NCBI GenBank assembly: GCA_002633005.1
Contig: NMRA01000036.1
Span: 124,001 to 188,000, forward strand
Length of the DNA: 64,000 nt
Reading direction: 5' to 3'
Source: Phoronis australis
Lineage: Eukaryota > Animalia > Phoronida
Shown: positions 62,001 through 64,000 of the stretch, one piece after another
Position numbering within the stretch: the stretch's first letter is position 1
Layout of the letters: each line of letters begins with the position of its first letter
Notes under the pieces: generated by a model
What the model was told of the DNA's origin: nothing
Seen by the model: only the letters and a program-made list of their open reading frames with translations
Databases searched by the model: none
Position numbers and translations under genes: made by a program

Positions 62001-63895
62001 TGACCGAGGGATTTTGTGCCGACAAGATTGGGATGAACAATTTTTTGGGGGATATATGTCAAACATAAAGAGTTCAAATAATTACCCACCTTGTCAAAGA
62101 GAGGCTGGTGATCATTCACATTTTCAACAGTTACGTAAATTGTCGCCGTTGCTGTTAATGCAGGTTGACCGTTATCAATTGCTTTGACAACAAAAAATGT
62201 GGAGCGCTCTGTCTCGTAATCCAGGGGGCGCCTCGTTGTTACAACACCTGCAATCCAAAACAATTGGCTCATTAAATACATTCAGAAGTTAATGTGTAAT
62301 TTGACAAAACGTGATGCTCTTTTTGTAGACTCTTTAGATGACACTGGTTAGTTTGGGGAACTTACCTAGCATAGAATTTTAGAGCCAACGTTGAGCAGCA
62401 AAGTGTAAGCAAACATATCTGAACTTGGCAAATTAATGTTACCACACACTGGTAGGTCCAAAACCAATATTTTGAGTACTCTGTATTATACTTTAACCCA
62501 TTTGGCAGTTTGTGTACCCATCAGGTACTTCAAATAAATGGTATTTATAAATTTTACTGCTGTTTAGCTGTGAATGTTGAATTCTTAAACAAAGTGGTTT
62601 GTGGTTTACAACATCACCCGTTCATCCAATCTTGGAATTGTTGCTGAATGAGGCAGCTACTCAAGTCACAGGCAATGTAATTTTAGGGTTGACCAATGCC
62701 AATGAAGTAAGAAGCATTTTCCCAAGCAGCCGATGGTTCCAATGGTCTTGCTGGTAATGGCAATAGAATTGTAGTTGCAGAAATATGAGACGGCTGTTAG
62801 AAGAATGAATGCCCTAATTCAATTTTCATTTTTAGTCAGCTCAGTAAACAGGGTAAAATGCATCTTTAAACTTATGTTGTTTGAGTGTGTGTACTTACCT
62901 GTTGCAGGATCAATGTTAAAATGTCCACCAGGATCTTGTGTGATAACATATCTGGTGACTATTCCATCTGGGTCTTGAGCAAGCAGAGACTTGACCACAG
63001 AGCCCGGGGCTAGATTTTCACGCACGGTGATATTGTACTGGGGAATGGACAGCGTCCAAGGGGCCACAAACTCAGGTGGGTAAATATTCACCTGAGTGAT
63101 TACAAAAATGATGGACCCTGGAAGAAACAAAGTCTGTCATGAGCAGATTCAGAATTCATCTGACATATGACCGGAATTTTGTGTAACTGAAAGTGTCATT
63201 TGACTCTTTTAACTTCAAATTAACTTTATTTTAAAAATCTACTGTTGACATGTTCTACAGCAAAACTATTAACAAAAAAACAATGGAAATTATGTATTGA
63301 GCGTATGCATGAAATTATGTATTGAGCTTAAGCTTGATTCTCAGAAGCCACAAACTATGTAATTTTTAGAAGTATGATGAAAAACATCTCACCAATTTAT
63401 ACCCAACTAGTTGTTTTGTTATCCATTCCGGGAAGACTGTACATGAATTTTAATTTGTCCTAGTGTCACAATGCTGGGATCAGCGATTTAAAACTTGTTG
63501 AAGCATGAAAGGAACATTGATTTCTGTTCATGATTATTACTTTCAAGAGCAACATCTAATTTTATAACACAATGGTGAGAAGGCGTCAAATCTTTTCACT
63601 TTATTGTACAACAATAAAAAAGTCGACTTGTGAAATAACACAAGTTAACACATGGTTATAATGAGGTAGGTTGAACCTCAGTTTTGGTTTTACCATTGAA
63701 TACTTCTTTTTATCTTTATTTGAAATTTCAAATTAATGTTCAACTAGCTGCAATATGCTCACCAACTCCTGTCTGTATTGGGTTGGCAGAATTATCATAT
63801 GCATTGATGTCATACTGAATGACCTGCGCCTTGTTGCGGTTCAAGGCTCCACTGACTCGTACCACTCCAGTCGTTGTTTCAATGGAGAAGACATT
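43632..63895 (-). CDS. Large non-classical cadherin (Cad87A/Cad99C/CDH23-like architecture), 3' 21 exons; 5' end outside window
   Basis: Exons 63763-63895, 62899-63117, 62090-62247, 61418-61564, 61066-61188, 60216-60396, 59488-59711, 58949-59146, 58069-58185, 56699-56825, 53783-54043, 52966-53237, 52197-52285, 51417-51503, 50379-50523, 49384-49520, 48906-48958, 48189-48240, 47043-47221, 46176-46405, 43632-44078 join in frame (3579 nt). LDYE/LDRE, DVNDNSP, DxD motifs; TM helix; no recognisable catenin-binding domain. Confidence 0.88.
46176..46405 (-). CDS. Cadherin cytoplasmic exon (T/P/Q-rich)
   Basis: cttcag/GTAAAA; open frame. Confidence 0.75.
47043..47221 (-). CDS. Cadherin cytoplasmic exon (AFSNLAYEHD)
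   Basis: ttttcag/GTAAGC; NxxY-like motif. Confidence 0.75.
48189..48240 (-). CDS. Cadherin cytoplasmic micro-exon (KDRLRAESSIKNSSVS)
   Basis: tttccag/GTAAGT; phase 1->2. Confidence 0.6.
48906..48958 (-). CDS. Cadherin cytoplasmic micro-exon (MEQRSRDRRLAYRRTIA)
   Basis: tttctag acceptor; weak GTTTGA donor supplies the needed phase. Confidence 0.6.
49384..49520 (-). CDS. Cadherin TM exon with cysteine string
   Basis: WWPVVWALIAFLVVLILAILLLLLCCCCPCCRTCCY; catag/GTAAGT. Confidence 0.9.
50379..50523 (-). CDS. Cadherin exon, membrane-proximal domain part 3 (SDVVLYVAD)
   Basis: Canonical splice sites, phase fits. Confidence 0.82.
50677..51290 (+). mobile_element. Interspersed repeat, possibly Helentron/HINE-like
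   Basis: aacaagag start and cagac-rich end; similar-looking segment at ~860-1115. Confidence 0.35.
51417..51503 (-). CDS. Cadherin exon, membrane-proximal domain part 2 (VWIKDIRYHV)
   Basis: catttcag/GTAATT, phase 2->2, open frame. Confidence 0.78.
51826..52067. mobile_element. MITE family 2 (relatives at ~5010-5230 and ~49570-49660)
   Basis: TIR-like aattcttcacttattt ... aattaagtggacaatt; body similar to 5015-5230. Confidence 0.55.
52197..52285 (-). CDS. Cadherin exon, membrane-proximal domain part 1
   Basis: TWITHTYQEMILTVAFSP; tttcag/GTAAGT; phase fits. Confidence 0.8.
52966..53237 (-). CDS. Cadherin exon, last (divergent) cadherin repeat
   Basis: ATDKD, ATDNG motifs. Confidence 0.88.
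53783..54043 (-). CDS. Cadherin exon (LDRE...KRKRR...LDEPDTVPVF)
   Basis: Cadherin motifs; GTAAGT donor. Confidence 0.9.
54542..54969. mobile_element. Short relative of the 27970-29323 element
   Basis: ccatactcatgcggggttaatgccca ... tggacattaaccccg..aaacgg; shares gcccatgctcagctta. Confidence 0.6.
55545..55705. repeat. Two-copy A-rich tandem duplication (~79 bp)
   Basis: aaacaagataaaagtcacacagtagaaataaa occurs twice. Confidence 0.85.
56699..56825 (-). CDS. Cadherin exon (VMENRPPGTFVGRVRATDKD)
   Basis: Cadherin motifs. Confidence 0.92.
57206..57285. repeat. Three copies of a 28-bp unit
   Basis: cttatttacactgtcatgatgtttccag and variants. Confidence 0.8.
58069..58185 (-). CDS. Cadherin exon (ILDTDDHLPEF)
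   Basis: Cadherin motifs. Confidence 0.9.
58527..58625. repeat. Imperfect (AAT)n microsatellite
   Basis: aat/aac/agt/ggt triplets. Confidence 0.9.
58949..59146 (-). CDS. Cadherin exon (ARDPD...YDRE)
   Basis: Cadherin motifs. Confidence 0.93.
59488..59711 (-). CDS. Cadherin exon (FRVDPDSG...DANNEPP)
   Basis: Cadherin motifs. Confidence 0.93.
59865..59970 (-). mobile_element. tRNA-derived SINE head
   Basis: Reverse complement shows gtggtcaagtg A-box-like and ggtttgagtctc B-box-like motifs. Confidence 0.4.
60216..60396 (-). CDS. Cadherin exon (DVNDNSPIF...ASDKDIG)
   Basis: Cadherin motifs. Confidence 0.93.
61066..61188 (-). CDS. Cadherin exon (GVIYVKPGAVLDRE)
   Basis: LDRE motif; atccag/GTAAGT. 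Confidence 0.9.
61239..61451. repeat. 43-bp minisatellite, 5 copies, spanning a cadherin exon/donor junction
   Basis: Unit gtgacttactgttgttgagttgatgtagaagtcattattagta at 61409, 61366, 61323, 61280, ~61239. Confidence 0.92.
61418..61564 (-). CDS. Cadherin exon (IPENSP...ANDGDLGTFG)
   Basis: Cadherin motifs; 3' end overlaps a tandem repeat. Confidence 0.88.
62090..62247 (-). CDS. Cadherin exon (LDYE...NVNDHQPLF)
   Basis: Cadherin motifs. Confidence 0.93.
62899..63117 (-). CDS. Cadherin exon (VNIYPPEF...VRENLAPG...DPD)
   Basis: Cadherin motifs, canonical splice sites. Confidence 0.92.
63763..63895 (-). CDS. Cadherin exon (NVFSIETTTGVVRVSGALNRN)
   Basis: ttttccag/GTGAGC; cadherin repeat. Confidence 0.88.
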
Positions 63896-64000
63896 CTGGA
63901 AAAAAAGTTATAATTGAACGTAATGAGCAAAATTTAACTATGTGCCACTTTATTGTTTAATTCCTTTCTCATCCCCCCTTTTTCTGCATTTGGACTATTC

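Overview
AT-rich, intron-rich eukaryotic (invertebrate animal-like) genomic DNA with one 730-N gap. It holds three spliced protein-coding genes, which I rebuilt by hand from splice sites and reading-frame phase. (1) Ankyrin-repeat DHHC palmitoyltransferase paralog A: minus strand, 11 coding exons, 15308->1325, ~711 aa. (2) A head-to-head paralog B: plus strand, 9 coding exons from 18243, ~560 aa; its last three exons occur twice, either side of the gap (probably an uncollapsed haplotype). (3) The 3' 21 exons of a large non-classical cadherin: minus strand, 63895->43632, with a membrane-proximal domain, a TM helix followed by 8 cysteines and a low-complexity tail. Best observations: the two DHHC paralogs share a minor-spliceosome (U12) intron at the same position, AT-AC in A and GT-AG in B; B also has a GC-AG intron; a 43-bp minisatellite multiplies a cadherin exon/donor junction; the cadherin has an RKRR furin-type site inside a cadherin repeat. 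Introns carry many MITEs, foldback repeats, SINE heads and an RTE LINE relic. No rRNA, intact tRNA, CRISPR array or prokaryotic system is supported.
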